Below are positions 7,497 through 16,935 of a stretch of DNA of 64,000 nt, piece by piece (position 1 is the stretch's first letter; each line of letters begins with the position of its first letter). This DNA comes from an uncultured Candidatus Saccharibacteria bacterium (lineage in GTDB: Bacteria; Patescibacteriota; Saccharimonadia; Saccharimonadales; AWTP1-31). The notes below the pieces were generated by a model. It did no database searches. It worked only from the letters and a program-made list of their open reading frames with translations, and was not told where the DNA came from. Made by a program: the position numbers and the translations under genes. The stretch covers positions 232,760 to 296,759 of the forward strand of contig CALCZR010000059.1 in the NCBI GenBank assembly GCA_937903325.1, written 5' to 3'.

Positions 7497-9824
7497 TTAG
7501 TTATATCGTCGACGGAACCGGGCGATACCAATGAGCGACAGAACGAGTAGTGATGTGGCTAATATGGTTGGCATATTTTCACCGGTCACTCCCAGGGCCT
7601 GGGTGACTGGATTGCTTGGACTGTTGGTGTCTGCAATGGTTGCTCCGCAAACCCTACCGTTACTGGCCATAAGGGCGAGCTCACCGTCAGCTTCTTGGGT
7701 GTCTTCGCTTTCATCGTTAAGCTGGATGGTTGTACTGTCTGCAAGGTTGTAGATGGTTGGTATTTCACAATCGTCCGGAGCAACGGTTTCGTAACATATC
7801 TGGGCATCGTCACCTGCAAACGTAGCCGTTGCGTACGGTGCGTCGTTACCAGCCCATGGGTCGTCGTTGTGGGCGATGAACAGCACTTGAATCTGTAGAT
7901 CTTGAGTGGTACCAGTATAAGGAATACCTGAAATATCTAACTCGCCACTTGGTAGTAGGCTGACGCCTTCATACCCACTGACGGGAGTGCCATTGCTGTC
8001 CAGTATAGTGACGAGCAACTGGTCGAGGTCGGAGAAGTCAATATTGCTAACCTTAACTTTGTCCCATCCAGTAATGTTACCGTTACCATCACAGTAATAG
8101 GCAGATGGGTTTATGTCTACGTTAGCAACGGTCTGTCGGCAGGGCACTGAACCGTCGTCAGCACCGAACGACCATAGCCACCCTGAGTCGCCAAGTCCCA
8201 GCAAGCAGCCGTTCTCGTTAATAGCATATCCGTAGTCACGAGTGTCTCCACTGTTTACGCTTGCCCACGTCGTTTCACCGTCTCCGCTAGAACCCCAGCC
8301 GGCACACTCATTACCGCTCGTCCAGTTGTAGCAGCCGCCCACACCTGTTTCAGGACTGGTGAATTGACCAAATTTACTAAAAGGGAAGACCGTTATCTGG
8401 TCGCCATCTGAGTTGGTAGTTGTTACTTCTTCATATGAGGCAACGACATTGTAACTGTCACCGGTGACGAGTGCTCGGGCATCGGCGAATACATTACTAG
8501 CTAGATTAGCTGGAACAGCTGCAGACGCTCCGGTCACTTTGTTATAGCAACTAATGGTAGAACTACGGACGCCAGGTGCAGAGTCTATTAATACGACACA
8601 AGGGTTATTGTTGTTGCCCTTGTCCTGAAAGACGGTGGTAATAAGCTGCAATGGCTGTCCAGTAGAGCCAATACTTGGTACGCTCCAGCCGGCACAGGCG
8701 CCGTTAGAGGCAGTTGGGTCAAAGCATACTAAGCGTTGTGATTCACAGTAGTTGGTAGATGAGAAACCACATAAGAAGTTAATATCTGCCTTAAAGGTAT
8801 AGTTGACGTTAAAGTAGACCTTGCCGTCGATTACCTCAGCGGTCCCAACGGGTCCGTAATAAGATGAAGATAAGTTATGTTCACTAGGATTGTAGTTCGG
8901 TAGGGAGTACGTAGTACCAACCGTATAATTACCCGCCAGTCCACAGGTTGCTGCATAGGTAGTAGGGTTATAGCTATATACCTTTAGTCCGGTATCCCAG
9001 GCGTACAGACAGTTTCCGGCTTTTGCTACACCAAGTAAGTTAGAAGGTTGTTCACTGCTCAATACGCTTCCTGTTGCAGAAAGCTGAGTGTACCCAGTAG
9101 CGCACCAGTTATCGGTCTGCAGGTTCCAACAGACGATGCCGTAGCCGGTCGTTCGTTGGGCGGCAAAGTACAATTGTCCCGTTGTTTTGTCTAGATAATG
9201 TAACGGGTTAATAGAGGTGTAAAAGTCAGTCTGACCACTTAAGTTAAAGGCTTTTGGGTAACCAGTACAGGTTGTGCCGTCTTGGTTAGTACAAACGAGT
9301 TCGTTACCGACTTGTGTGCTGTGGTGGGCAATACCCAAGATCCGATCCTTGAATGGGATAGGGACATAGGCGTCTTGCCCAGTAGATGACTGGGCAGTAC
9401 TGGTAAGTGGTTGGGTAGCTACTTCACTGGTGCCGTTGGCAGATTCTGCGAGCAGCGGATTACTAAAACGTAGGTCAGTAGTGTTGGCGCCGGTGTCGGT
9501 GCCACTGTATGAACCACCATTGTCGTCGGAATATGCTGCGTCCCATCCGGGAGGTAATTGGACACTGCCAGGAGACAGTGTAGAGCCAGAAGGAATCTGG
9601 TTGTTTATCTCGACAGATGCAGTTGAACCACTGGTATTGTTATAGCCTAGTACCCATCTTGTGGGGTCGTTGGCGTGTGCAGTTGTAGTGCTATTACTGT
9701 TTACGTCATATCCCTGCATGGTCAAAGTGCTACTTGCAGCTAGGGCAGTTCCGGTATGGGCGCCAACAATGAGCAATGCCATCAACAGCGGTATGATTTT
9801 TTTCGCAGCGGTCTTTATTTTCAC
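7497..9824 (-). CDS. Large secreted surface protein with LGVTG-type sorting signal
   Basis: 775 aa. GTG start preceded by GGAGAAG. Signal peptide IIPLLMALLIVGAHTGTALA. Cys/Gly/Thr-rich body. C-terminus ALGVTGENMPTILATSLLVLSLIGIARFRRRYN (LxxTG, hydrophobic stretch, basic tail). Confidence 0.7.
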   Translation of the reverse strand: MKIKTAAKKIIPLLMALLIVGAHTGTALAASSTLTMQGYDVNSNSTTTAHANDPTRWVLGYNNTSGSTASVEINNQIPSGSTLSPGSVQLPPGWDAAYSDDNGGSYSGTDTGANTTDLRFSNPLLAESANGTSEVATQPLTSTAQSSTGQDAYVPIPFKDRILGIAHHSTQVGNELVCTNQDGTTCTGYPKAFNLSGQTDFYTSINPLHYLDKTTGQLYFAAQRTTGYGIVCWNLQTDNWCATGYTQLSATGSVLSSEQPSNLLGVAKAGNCLYAWDTGLKVYSYNPTTYAATCGLAGNYTVGTTYSLPNYNPSEHNLSSSYYGPVGTAEVIDGKVYFNVNYTFKADINFLCGFSSTNYCESQRLVCFDPTASNGACAGWSVPSIGSTGQPLQLITTVFQDKGNNNNPCVVLIDSAPGVRSSTISCYNKVTGASAAVPANLASNVFADARALVTGDSYNVVASYEEVTTTNSDGDQITVFPFSKFGQFTSPETGVGGCYNWTSGNECAGWGSSGDGETTWASVNSGDTRDYGYAINENGCLLGLGDSGWLWSFGADDGSVPCRQTVANVDINPSAYYCDGNGNITGWDKVKVSNIDFSDLDQLLVTILDSNGTPVSGYEGVSLLPSGELDISGIPYTGTTQDLQIQVLFIAHNDDPWAGNDAPYATATFAGDDAQICYETVAPDDCEIPTIYNLADSTTIQLNDESEDTQEADGELALMASNGRVCGATIADTNSPSNPVTQALGVTGENMPTILATSLLVLSLIGIARFRRRYN

Positions 9825-9983
9825 AGTACTTCTCCGTAAGGCTTACGCTTACTATATCTGCCCGTTGTGATAATAGCAATACCCAATTCTTTACAAATAC
9901 TAAAAGTAGTTATCAGCCAGAACACATTGCTGTTTACTTGGGGTACATATGTGGCTAAGCTAGAGAAGTAAATAGGAGGGTGT

Positions 9984-10559
9984 ATGAAGAAGATTGTTGG
10001 AATAGGTATTGGCCTGCTGGTTATCGCTGGCGTAGCGGGAATATTGCTCATACAAGGAAGCCATGAAGATAAGCCAGATACCAGCGGCAAAAAGACGGCC
10101 AGCCAAAATAGCAGTGACTTCAAAGTTGTAGATGCTTGCGCCGTCGTAACTCAGGCTGTGGCAGATACGGTACTCGGTGCCGGTGCGGAGAAGGGAGTAT
10201 CTAATGGCGATACTTCAACAGATGACATCAATGTTAGTACCTGTACATATACTCTGGATACTAATACGGGGCTCCCTATTAGTGCAGATAAGATTAAAAG
10301 CCTAACACTCCTTGCTCGTAGTGCTAAAACAGCTGAGGGAATCGACAGCAATGCTATGCAGTTAAGTGAAGAAAAACCCGCTGGGGCCGAGAGTGTCAGT
10401 GGCTACGGAACCGGTGCCTACTGGGATCCGCAGTACGGTCAGTTAAATATCTTTAAGAATGGCAATTGGTACATCCTGACAAGTGGTTCTGGCACCCTGA
10501 CTGTTCGTACTCTGGACGAAGCGAAGCAGTTTGCCGACCAAATCATTACGCAGCTATAG
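9984..10559 (+). CDS. Membrane-anchored or secreted hypothetical protein
   Basis: Strong SD (AGGAGGGTGT-ATG). N-terminal hydrophobic helix IVGIGIGLLVIAGVAGILLI. No recognised domain. Confidence 0.6.
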   Translation: MKKIVGIGIGLLVIAGVAGILLIQGSHEDKPDTSGKKTASQNSSDFKVVDACAVVTQAVADTVLGAGAEKGVSNGDTSTDDINVSTCTYTLDTNTGLPISADKIKSLTLLARSAKTAEGIDSNAMQLSEEKPAGAESVSGYGTGAYWDPQYGQLNIFKNGNWYILTSGSGTLTVRTLDEAKQFADQIITQL

Positions 10560-10587
10560 CCGACTGGTCAGCTAGCCGTTTATCCGT

Positions 10588-10593
10588 CATAAT
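10588..10593 (+). promoter_or_regulatory. -10-like hexamer CATAAT, 8 nt upstream of the ATG at 10602
   Basis: CATAAT followed by GCTTATGT and then ATG. Overlaps one copy of the ATGCTTATG 9-mer. Confidence 0.35.
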
Positions 10594-10601
10594 GCTTATG
10601 T

Positions 10602-11249
10602 ATGATTAATGACTTTAACCCCCTTGATTTAAGTGCACCTCCAAAAAAGATCGAGGAACCGATTACTGCTCCGCAGCCGGTCCAGCCTAAGGCGACCGTG
10701 CAAAGAGTCAGTATGGGTCCGATATTTCACTCCAGGATTACTAGAATCCTAGCCCTAATCCTTGGTGTCGCACTTGCTGCACTCGTTGGCTATGCCGGTA
10801 CAAGCTACTTGTTGAACCGTAAGGAAAATATATCTACTAAACAACCTGCTATCTCTGCTGAGCAAACATCTGTCACAGACCAGAAAACAACCGGCACATC
10901 CGATACGGCAGCCAAGAAAAGCGGCCAGGACACTCCGACTACAGAGCCTGCAGAAACTAAAGAGTCACCAGTATATTGTGGAGTTGCCGGCATGCCTGAG
11001 CAGGTTTGTGTGGCCATAACTTCTATTGAAAAGTCTGGTCTCAAGAACAACCCATACGTTGGAGCAAACACGAGCCAGGTTCCTGCAGATAATAAAGTTG
11101 AAGTAGACGAGTCGAGCTGGCAATCAACGAGTACAGAGACGGGCGCAGTTAACTTTACGGCAATACTAGCAGGTAAAAGTTATGCAGGGTTAGCCTATTT
11201 GCAGATTGTTTCTGGCACGTGGAAAGTCACCAGCTACACACTTCAGTAG
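10602..11249 (+). CDS. Membrane-anchored hypothetical protein
   Basis: 215 aa. Single TM helix (ILALILGVALAALVGYAGTSYLL) followed by a Thr/Ser-rich linker and a small C-terminal domain. Confidence 0.6.
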   Translation: MINDFNPLDLSAPPKKIEEPITAPQPVQPKATVQRVSMGPIFHSRITRILALILGVALAALVGYAGTSYLLNRKENISTKQPAISAEQTSVTDQKTTGTSDTAAKKSGQDTPTTEPAETKESPVYCGVAGMPEQVCVAITSIEKSGLKNNPYVGANTSQVPADNKVEVDESSWQSTSTETGAVNFTAILAGKSYAGLAYLQIVSGTWKVTSYTLQ

Positions 11250-11253
11250 TAGG

Positions 11254-13569
11254 TTACTTATATAGTTTTTGAATAATCTCAAGCCAGGTATCACGAGCAG
11301 CGTAACTAGCAAATTCTTTTGTCTTTGGTTCATCGATTTTCACCACCAATACTAAGGTTTCAGAATTAGTCTTAACGAAACCGGCAAATACTCCAATGTC
11401 GGTTGCTGGCTTGTACGACCAATTAGTGTCGTATGCTGGTGCGGTGCCAGTTTTGCCACCAAAAGTGAGGCGGGGATCCTTAGTGGTCTTGGTATTCTTG
11501 TCAAAGACTTCCTGTAAAGAGCGTTCCATTTGCTTGCTTGTATCTGACGATATGGCTCTATATTTCTGTACGGGTGTTTGGTCGCTCATATGAGGCGTAA
11601 TGTACATGCCGCCATTAGCCAGTGTGGCGTAGGCAGCTGCAAGTTGCAGTGGGGTAACGGTTACGCCAATGCCATAAGCACTCATGGTATATTGGCGATC
11701 TAGGCTACGTCCCCCGTCCGGCGAGCGTACATAGCCACTATCTTCACTAGGTTCTATGCCGGTGGGGTGGCTGAAACCAAAATGTTCAGTAAGGTATGTA
11801 TGCCACAGCGGACGTCTTACTTGATCTGTCCCAAGCTGGCGGTATATATGTATGGCTCCGGTGTTTCGAGAAGCGTTAAGGACTCCTTGTACCGTCAGTG
11901 TCTGTGGTTCATGCGGCAGGGCGTCATACACAGCAAAATCGTCAATCTTCTGATATGTCGGATCCAGAAAATTATCGGTAAGACTAATTTTCCCGCTGTC
12001 CAGTCCTGCAGCTACAAGCAGTGGCTTCATGACCGATCCAGGTTCCCAGGATTGCAGGGCTGCGTGTTGCTTGGGGTTACGACATGACTGTGATGCGGGG
12101 CACAGTGTTGGGTTGGGGGACGCTACATCCACCGCAGCCTTGATGACCCCACTTTTTGCGTCTAGGAGCACAGCAGTTCCTCGGGGCGCGTTAGTAAAAG
12201 CAAGACGATTCTGGAGGGACTGTTCGATGTTACGCTGCAAATCTTGATTAAATGACTCAGTAAAGCCTGGCGATGTTGCTGGCCTGGTGTGTAACGTGGG
12301 TTCATCGGAAGAGGAACGTATCGTAATAAGTAGACCTGCCAGTACTAACCCGGCAGCAAAGCTGAGCGGGATGAAGCGAAGTTTACGAGTCTGTTGATGT
12401 GACGGTTTAGCGCCAAGTAGTAGTCCAAACTGAACGGCACAGAATAGAACAGCTACGTAGACAGTTGGCGGGAAAAGCAGGCCATGAACAAGGAGTAAGC
12501 TATATAGCAGAAGGTTGTCATCAGGCACGCGACCCTGGAGCCAATACTTCAAGGTCAACCCAATAGCTATGACTAAACTCAAGAGACCAAGCAGACCAAA
12601 GAACACAAAGTAGTCATAGAATAAGTTATGTTTGCCGAACGCATTACCGATTAGTTCTTTGCTCCGTACGATAGCAGAAGGCAGAGGGTTTTGGTTATTA
12701 ATGTCGGTAGACAGCGTCGCCGGACCGTTGTTATACAGAATTTGGTACGGTTTAAAGTTGTCGACTGATTGCTTGTAGAGCGTACTGAGTTCACGAGTGC
12801 TCTGGGTTATACTTGTCTGCTGCAGCCCCCAAAAGTAGCCCGTGAGTATGAGAGGAAGGACACAGCTTACTGCAGTAACGGAACCAATTAGTATTCGTTG
12901 CCTGCGACTGGTTGTATGCAGCACACCGTAGAGTAGTAACCCGATAAGGTAGCAAAAGCCAACTAAGTTCTGACTAAATAGTACAGCCGCACAGCCAATA
13001 AGTAGATATATCCATTGCACCTTTTTCTGTGCAATGCTCGTCAGTACCAGTAGGTTTGCAACCAGCACAAAGCTGACGTTGTTTACAAATACACCGGTTA
13101 CGGGCAGACCGCTAAAAACCGCTCCGTGGTCAATTAACAGGGAAACTAGGAGGATCGTGAGGTAGATGTACCCAGCTTGTTTGCTGAGCAAGGTTTTAAT
13201 GTACGGCGCCCAGAATAATCCAGCAACAAGTATGCCAAGCCATGCAAAGATACCCATATAGTCAGGGTCAAGTCCAAGAAAGTACAGGGGCTTGTGCATG
13301 ATTAGCCGGGCTAGGATTGTTGCAAGTATTGGAAAGAGCAGGCAAGTAAATAGAAGTTTACTTGCTCGAGCGGAGGGGCCTGTATAGTCACGAGTTTGTA
13401 GTGACATGATAACGCCGGCAGCAAGTATGCCAAATGATATGACTGCTTGGATCCTACCGCTGGTTGCAGGGAGGTTAGGTAACGCTAGCAGGGGGACGGC
13501 CAGAAAAGCAAGCAGAAAGTGATGTGCACGTACGTTTTGGAGCGCCTTGTTAATCGGGCGAGATAGCAT
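11254..13569 (-). CDS. Fusion protein: O-antigen-ligase-like polytopic membrane domain plus penicillin-binding transpeptidase domain
   Basis: The N-terminal roughly 440 aa has at least 10 hydrophobic segments and is homologous to the ORFs at 13585 and 16932 (GLDPDYMGIFAWLGILVAGLFWA vs GRSPEYMGILAWLSVIFFSLFFA; NGPATL...HNLFYDYFVFFG vs NGPGAL...HDLFLDISQYFG). The C-terminal half carries SxxK (GSVMKP), SxN (SRNTG) and KTG (GGKTGTA). Start placed at MLSRPINK (ATG 13569). Confidence 0.8.
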   Translation of the reverse strand: MLSRPINKALQNVRAHHFLLAFLAVPLLALPNLPATSGRIQAVISFGILAAGVIMSLQTRDYTGPSARASKLLFTCLLFPILATILARLIMHKPLYFLGLDPDYMGIFAWLGILVAGLFWAPYIKTLLSKQAGYIYLTILLVSLLIDHGAVFSGLPVTGVFVNNVSFVLVANLLVLTSIAQKKVQWIYLLIGCAAVLFSQNLVGFCYLIGLLLYGVLHTTSRRQRILIGSVTAVSCVLPLILTGYFWGLQQTSITQSTRELSTLYKQSVDNFKPYQILYNNGPATLSTDINNQNPLPSAIVRSKELIGNAFGKHNLFYDYFVFFGLLGLLSLVIAIGLTLKYWLQGRVPDDNLLLYSLLLVHGLLFPPTVYVAVLFCAVQFGLLLGAKPSHQQTRKLRFIPLSFAAGLVLAGLLITIRSSSDEPTLHTRPATSPGFTESFNQDLQRNIEQSLQNRLAFTNAPRGTAVLLDAKSGVIKAAVDVASPNPTLCPASQSCRNPKQHAALQSWEPGSVMKPLLVAAGLDSGKISLTDNFLDPTYQKIDDFAVYDALPHEPQTLTVQGVLNASRNTGAIHIYRQLGTDQVRRPLWHTYLTEHFGFSHPTGIEPSEDSGYVRSPDGGRSLDRQYTMSAYGIGVTVTPLQLAAAYATLANGGMYITPHMSDQTPVQKYRAISSDTSKQMERSLQEVFDKNTKTTKDPRLTFGGKTGTAPAYDTNWSYKPATDIGVFAGFVKTNSETLVLVVKIDEPKTKEFASYAARDTWLEIIQKLYK

Positions 13570-13571
13570 GG

Positions 13572-13577
13572 TATAAC
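13572..13577 (+). promoter_or_regulatory. -10-like hexamer TATAAC, 7 nt upstream of the ATG at 13585
   Basis: Lies in the 15-bp spacer between divergent starts at 13569 (-) and 13585 (+). Overlaps the opposite-strand hexamer. Confidence 0.35.
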
Positions 13578-13581
13578 TATA
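13576..13581 (-). promoter_or_regulatory. -10-like hexamer TATAGT, 6 nt upstream of the ATG at 13569
   Basis: Reverse complement of 13576-13581 is TATAGT, followed by TATACC and then ATG. Confidence 0.35.
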
Positions 13582-13584
13582 GCA

Positions 13585-14787
13585 ATGTCTCAAGCAAAAG
13601 TGGTTTATGAATCTTCGGGCCAATCTTTACTCAAGTACGCAGTAGCCGTAACGATTTTCTTAGGCATGTTTTTCTGGGTGGATAATTTGTATATGGCCTT
13701 CTGGCTGCGCCGCTTCTTCGTGGGCCTGGCCGGTGTTCTAGCAATCTCCTACCTGGGGTTATATCGGCGAGATATCTTGGCGTCTGCTACTCGACAGAAG
13801 TTGCTCGTCACGCTTCTGTTAACGACAACCATCTTTCTGTTCATTACCTCACCAGTTCGCAGTGCACTGTATGGGTATCCACTTGTACACCCTAGTTTGC
13901 TATCGCTCTATGCGTCGGTGGCCATCGGATTGTTTCTGACCTGCCTTCCTGTACGAAGGGTCCTAGAATATATCTTTCATGGGACGGTTATATGGGCTAT
14001 CGGGAACTTTATTTTTTGGTTACTAGATACACACGCTACCATGCGCTTAGGCTTTCTAGATTCCCAGGTAATATATGCTGCCTGCGTATTTGCTATTGGT
14101 GTCTTGCTTGGTCTTTGGCACTACAGATACGGGAAACTACCTACTCGTTACGTACGAATTGCGACAGGCTTCTTGTTGCTCTGCCTGTTGTTAACTCAGA
14201 CCCGGAGTGCGATCGTCTTACTCGTTGTCATTGTCCTCTGGAAGTTTACTGGTAGTGTTCGACGGCATTGGCACAAGACACTTGCACTCATTACTGGTTT
14301 TCTTGTAGCTGCAGTACTGCTTGGCGGGTATTTCGGGCGACTATATGACGTATCATATCTTGGCGAGAGCGTTGAATACCGCCTTAATTTAGTCCAAGCG
14401 AGTATGCCAAAAGATACAGGGAGTCTTCTTATCGGCGAAGGTGTCGGATCGATCGAACGTAATATACAAGAAAACAGCAAAAGCTACCCACTGCTGGCAC
14501 CTGACATACAGGACGGTATCCGATTTGAAAGTAGTCACAACTATGCTGTGGATCTTCTCGTTGAGCGAGGCATTATTGTTACCGGTCTGTATATCGGGCT
14601 TTGCGTACTGGCGCTCCGGCGTCGGTATACGGTCAGTAGTCCTAAGGGGATTGTCCAGGCTATTGCTATTTTCCTTGCATTGTTCCTAGCTGTTAACAAT
14701 ATTAATATCCAGATGGAAATGTCATTGTGGGTTTGCATTCTATATTTAGTACGAGCCAACAGTTCTAAGAAGCTTGACAACGCTTAA
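13585..14787 (+). CDS. O-antigen ligase / Wzy-like polytopic membrane protein
   Basis: 400 aa with at least 10 TM segments. LLLTQTRSAIVLLVVIVLW is a Wzy_C-type S/T-R motif after a helix. The G-E-G-V-G-S loop is followed by SSHNYAVDLLVERG. Confidence 0.7.
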   Translation: MSQAKVVYESSGQSLLKYAVAVTIFLGMFFWVDNLYMAFWLRRFFVGLAGVLAISYLGLYRRDILASATRQKLLVTLLLTTTIFLFITSPVRSALYGYPLVHPSLLSLYASVAIGLFLTCLPVRRVLEYIFHGTVIWAIGNFIFWLLDTHATMRLGFLDSQVIYAACVFAIGVLLGLWHYRYGKLPTRYVRIATGFLLLCLLLTQTRSAIVLLVVIVLWKFTGSVRRHWHKTLALITGFLVAAVLLGGYFGRLYDVSYLGESVEYRLNLVQASMPKDTGSLLIGEGVGSIERNIQENSKSYPLLAPDIQDGIRFESSHNYAVDLLVERGIIVTGLYIGLCVLALRRRYTVSSPKGIVQAIAIFLALFLAVNNINIQMEMSLWVCILYLVRANSSKKLDNA

Positions 14788-14830
14788 GCTTAGGACATAC
14801 TCTATAACCAAGAATAAAAAAGGAAACACT

Positions 14831-15508
14831 ATGCCCGCAACAAAAAATACCAAAGCTCAAAGAGGGGGCATACTTAGTAAGGTTAACCTCCAAACACCAA
14901 AAGGCCGGCTCATCGTAACAGTACTGGCCTTCGCTATTGTCGGTGGTGGTGTTCTCGTGTATCGAAGTTTTGCAGCTACGGCTCGTTGGACATACACGGC
15001 AGCTACCAACACAATTATTATTGGAGAGACGCCAACAGCTTCACCATGTAAAACAAATAAGGTTGAGCTGGGGGACCAGAAGAATCCAAACCCTGGATTT
15101 AACTTGACCTGTACGGCCACAACGAGCGGTGCTAACGTTGCCTATATCGCGCCTAAGGCGACAGCTATCGACGCCTCACTTCTGTATAAAGATTACCGCA
15201 TGTGCGCCGTAGTAAGTGGCAAGGGTAGTCTATCCGTCTCGTTAAGCGATCAAACTGGTCGTAAGACAACCCAAAAAGTCACCTCACCAGCCGGTGGTTT
15301 TGCTGGCGGCACAAATGTTTGTACTTACCAAATGGGTATGTATAAAGTAGGGACCCTGTTCGGTAGGGCCGAGATCAGCGACGCCGGTACTTCAGTAAAT
15401 GTATCCTCGATGTACCTCGAAGAAGTCGCCAACTATAGTTCAACAGGTTCTACTTCATCCGCTCCAGCGTCAAGTGGACCTACAACTACTCCAGCTCCTA
15501 CAAAGTAA
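14831..15508 (+). CDS. Membrane-anchored secreted hypothetical protein
   Basis: Start at MPATKN, preceded by AAAGGAAAC. TM helix LIVTVLAFAIVGGGVLVY. Ser/Thr/Pro-rich C-terminus. Confidence 0.6.
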   Translation: MPATKNTKAQRGGILSKVNLQTPKGRLIVTVLAFAIVGGGVLVYRSFAATARWTYTAATNTIIIGETPTASPCKTNKVELGDQKNPNPGFNLTCTATTSGANVAYIAPKATAIDASLLYKDYRMCAVVSGKGSLSVSLSDQTGRKTTQKVTSPAGGFAGGTNVCTYQMGMYKVGTLFGRAEISDAGTSVNVSSMYLEEVANYSSTGSTSSAPASSGPTTTPAPTK

Positions 15509-15513
15509 TCTCT

Positions 15514-16935
15514 ATGAAACTTAGTAGGTTATACAAACGACCAGCTCTTACCGGGCTGGTCGTTTGGTTTGGTTTTGCCTGGTCATGGGTATTCTTTACT
15601 GACATGCTCGACCTCGCAGGGTCTAAACAGCAAGGATTTATCCTGGCTGTGTTCGTGTATGTGCTTAACGTAACAATTACTAGTTCAATACTCTGGCAGG
15701 CGATTACATTGCTCACAAAAGTGCATAAGCGATACGGGAAGAAAGGCCTAGTGGCTATGGGGCTACCAATCTTTGCGCTGGCAGACTTCTTAGCTTGTTG
15801 GCTAACTACTATTATCTGGCTTGGCCCTCAAGGGAGTGCAGATAATGTTCTGCCTATGGGCTCACTGGCACTACCTATGGTTAACACGCCCCTCAAGTTT
15901 GCAGCCCGATTCCTCGGCTTCTATGGCATAGCTGCCGTGCTGTGGTTTTTTATATACCTAGTGGCGCGAAAGGATACCCGAAAGCTGGCATGGATACCGG
16001 TTGCACTTGTCTCAGTACTATCTATTGTAGGCTGGGCTCTGTACCGTGTACCAAATGGGCGACAGATACCGGTCAAATTGGTCAGCGAAAGATTGACGGG
16101 TCGTGTAGCAACAATTGATGGGCAGGGTAGTGAATTGGTTGTTTTTCCGGAGTACGGGCTAGAGAAGATTGATAACAAAAATCTGAAGGAGCGTATCAAG
16201 CGGACTGGTGCTGGTGAGGCAAAAACCTACTTCCTAGGGTCGGAGCAAATATACCGACCAAAAGTTATAGGGCATATTAATAACATGATGTTTGGTAATT
16301 CTACTGACGGTATTACAGATAAAGAGTATAAGTACCGTCTCATCCCGGGCGGGGAAGATTTGCCCTATGTCGTTAGGCTTCTGCTCCGGGCTACCGGCCA
16401 GAAAGGTACACTGGACTACTTCAGTTATGCCAAAAGCGTAATCAAAGGGCAATACCAACTCCAGCCGTTTGTCGTGAATGGTGACGTGCGTGTTGCGGCT
16501 GCGGTATGCTCTAGTATTATTGCTCCACAAGACTACCGAGACTTTGCCCGCAGTGGAGCTACCTTGTTCACTAATTCAGCATCCCTTTCTATCTTCAAGA
16601 ATTCACCATTATTTGCCTGGCAGCAAAAGAGCCTAGCTCGTTTCATGGCCGTTGCCAATGCTCGTCCATTCTTGCAATCGGCAAACGCAGCCAGCGCCTA
16701 TGCACTTGATATGAACGGCAAGCAGGTCGCAGAGAAAAAAGGTTATGGTACCGTAGACGTGCTCGCTCAAACCAACTCCAGGAACACACCCTACATACTC
16801 GTAGGGGAGTGGCTGGTCTGGCTGGGGCTCGTAGTTGTGGCCGGAGTAGGATTTTTGCAACTACGTCAACACCCTAAGCTGCAGAAGGGGTATAGGACCA
16901 AGATGAAGCCAAAGTCGGTGACAAGGAAAAAATGA
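15514..16935 (+). CDS. lnt: Apolipoprotein N-acyltransferase-like (polytopic N-terminus plus CN-hydrolase domain)
   Basis: N-terminal TM bundle. Candidate E-K-C triad in Lnt order: ELVVFPEYGL, KYRLIPGGEDLPY, AAVCSSIIAP. C-terminal TM helix. Confidence 0.7.
   Translation: MKLSRLYKRPALTGLVVWFGFAWSWVFFTDMLDLAGSKQQGFILAVFVYVLNVTITSSILWQAITLLTKVHKRYGKKGLVAMGLPIFALADFLACWLTTIIWLGPQGSADNVLPMGSLALPMVNTPLKFAARFLGFYGIAAVLWFFIYLVARKDTRKLAWIPVALVSVLSIVGWALYRVPNGRQIPVKLVSERLTGRVATIDGQGSELVVFPEYGLEKIDNKNLKERIKRTGAGEAKTYFLGSEQIYRPKVIGHINNMMFGNSTDGITDKEYKYRLIPGGEDLPYVVRLLLRATGQKGTLDYFSYAKSVIKGQYQLQPFVVNGDVRVAAAVCSSIIAPQDYRDFARSGATLFTNSASLSIFKNSPLFAWQQKSLARFMAVANARPFLQSANAASAYALDMNGKQVAEKKGYGTVDVLAQTNSRNTPYILVGEWLVWLGLVVVAGVGFLQLRQHPKLQKGYRTKMKPKSVTRKK

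Noticed and set aside
9821-10123. 100-aa minus-strand ORF
   Set aside because: It overlaps the SD-led gene at 9984 and the promoter region of 7497-9824. It is most likely spurious.
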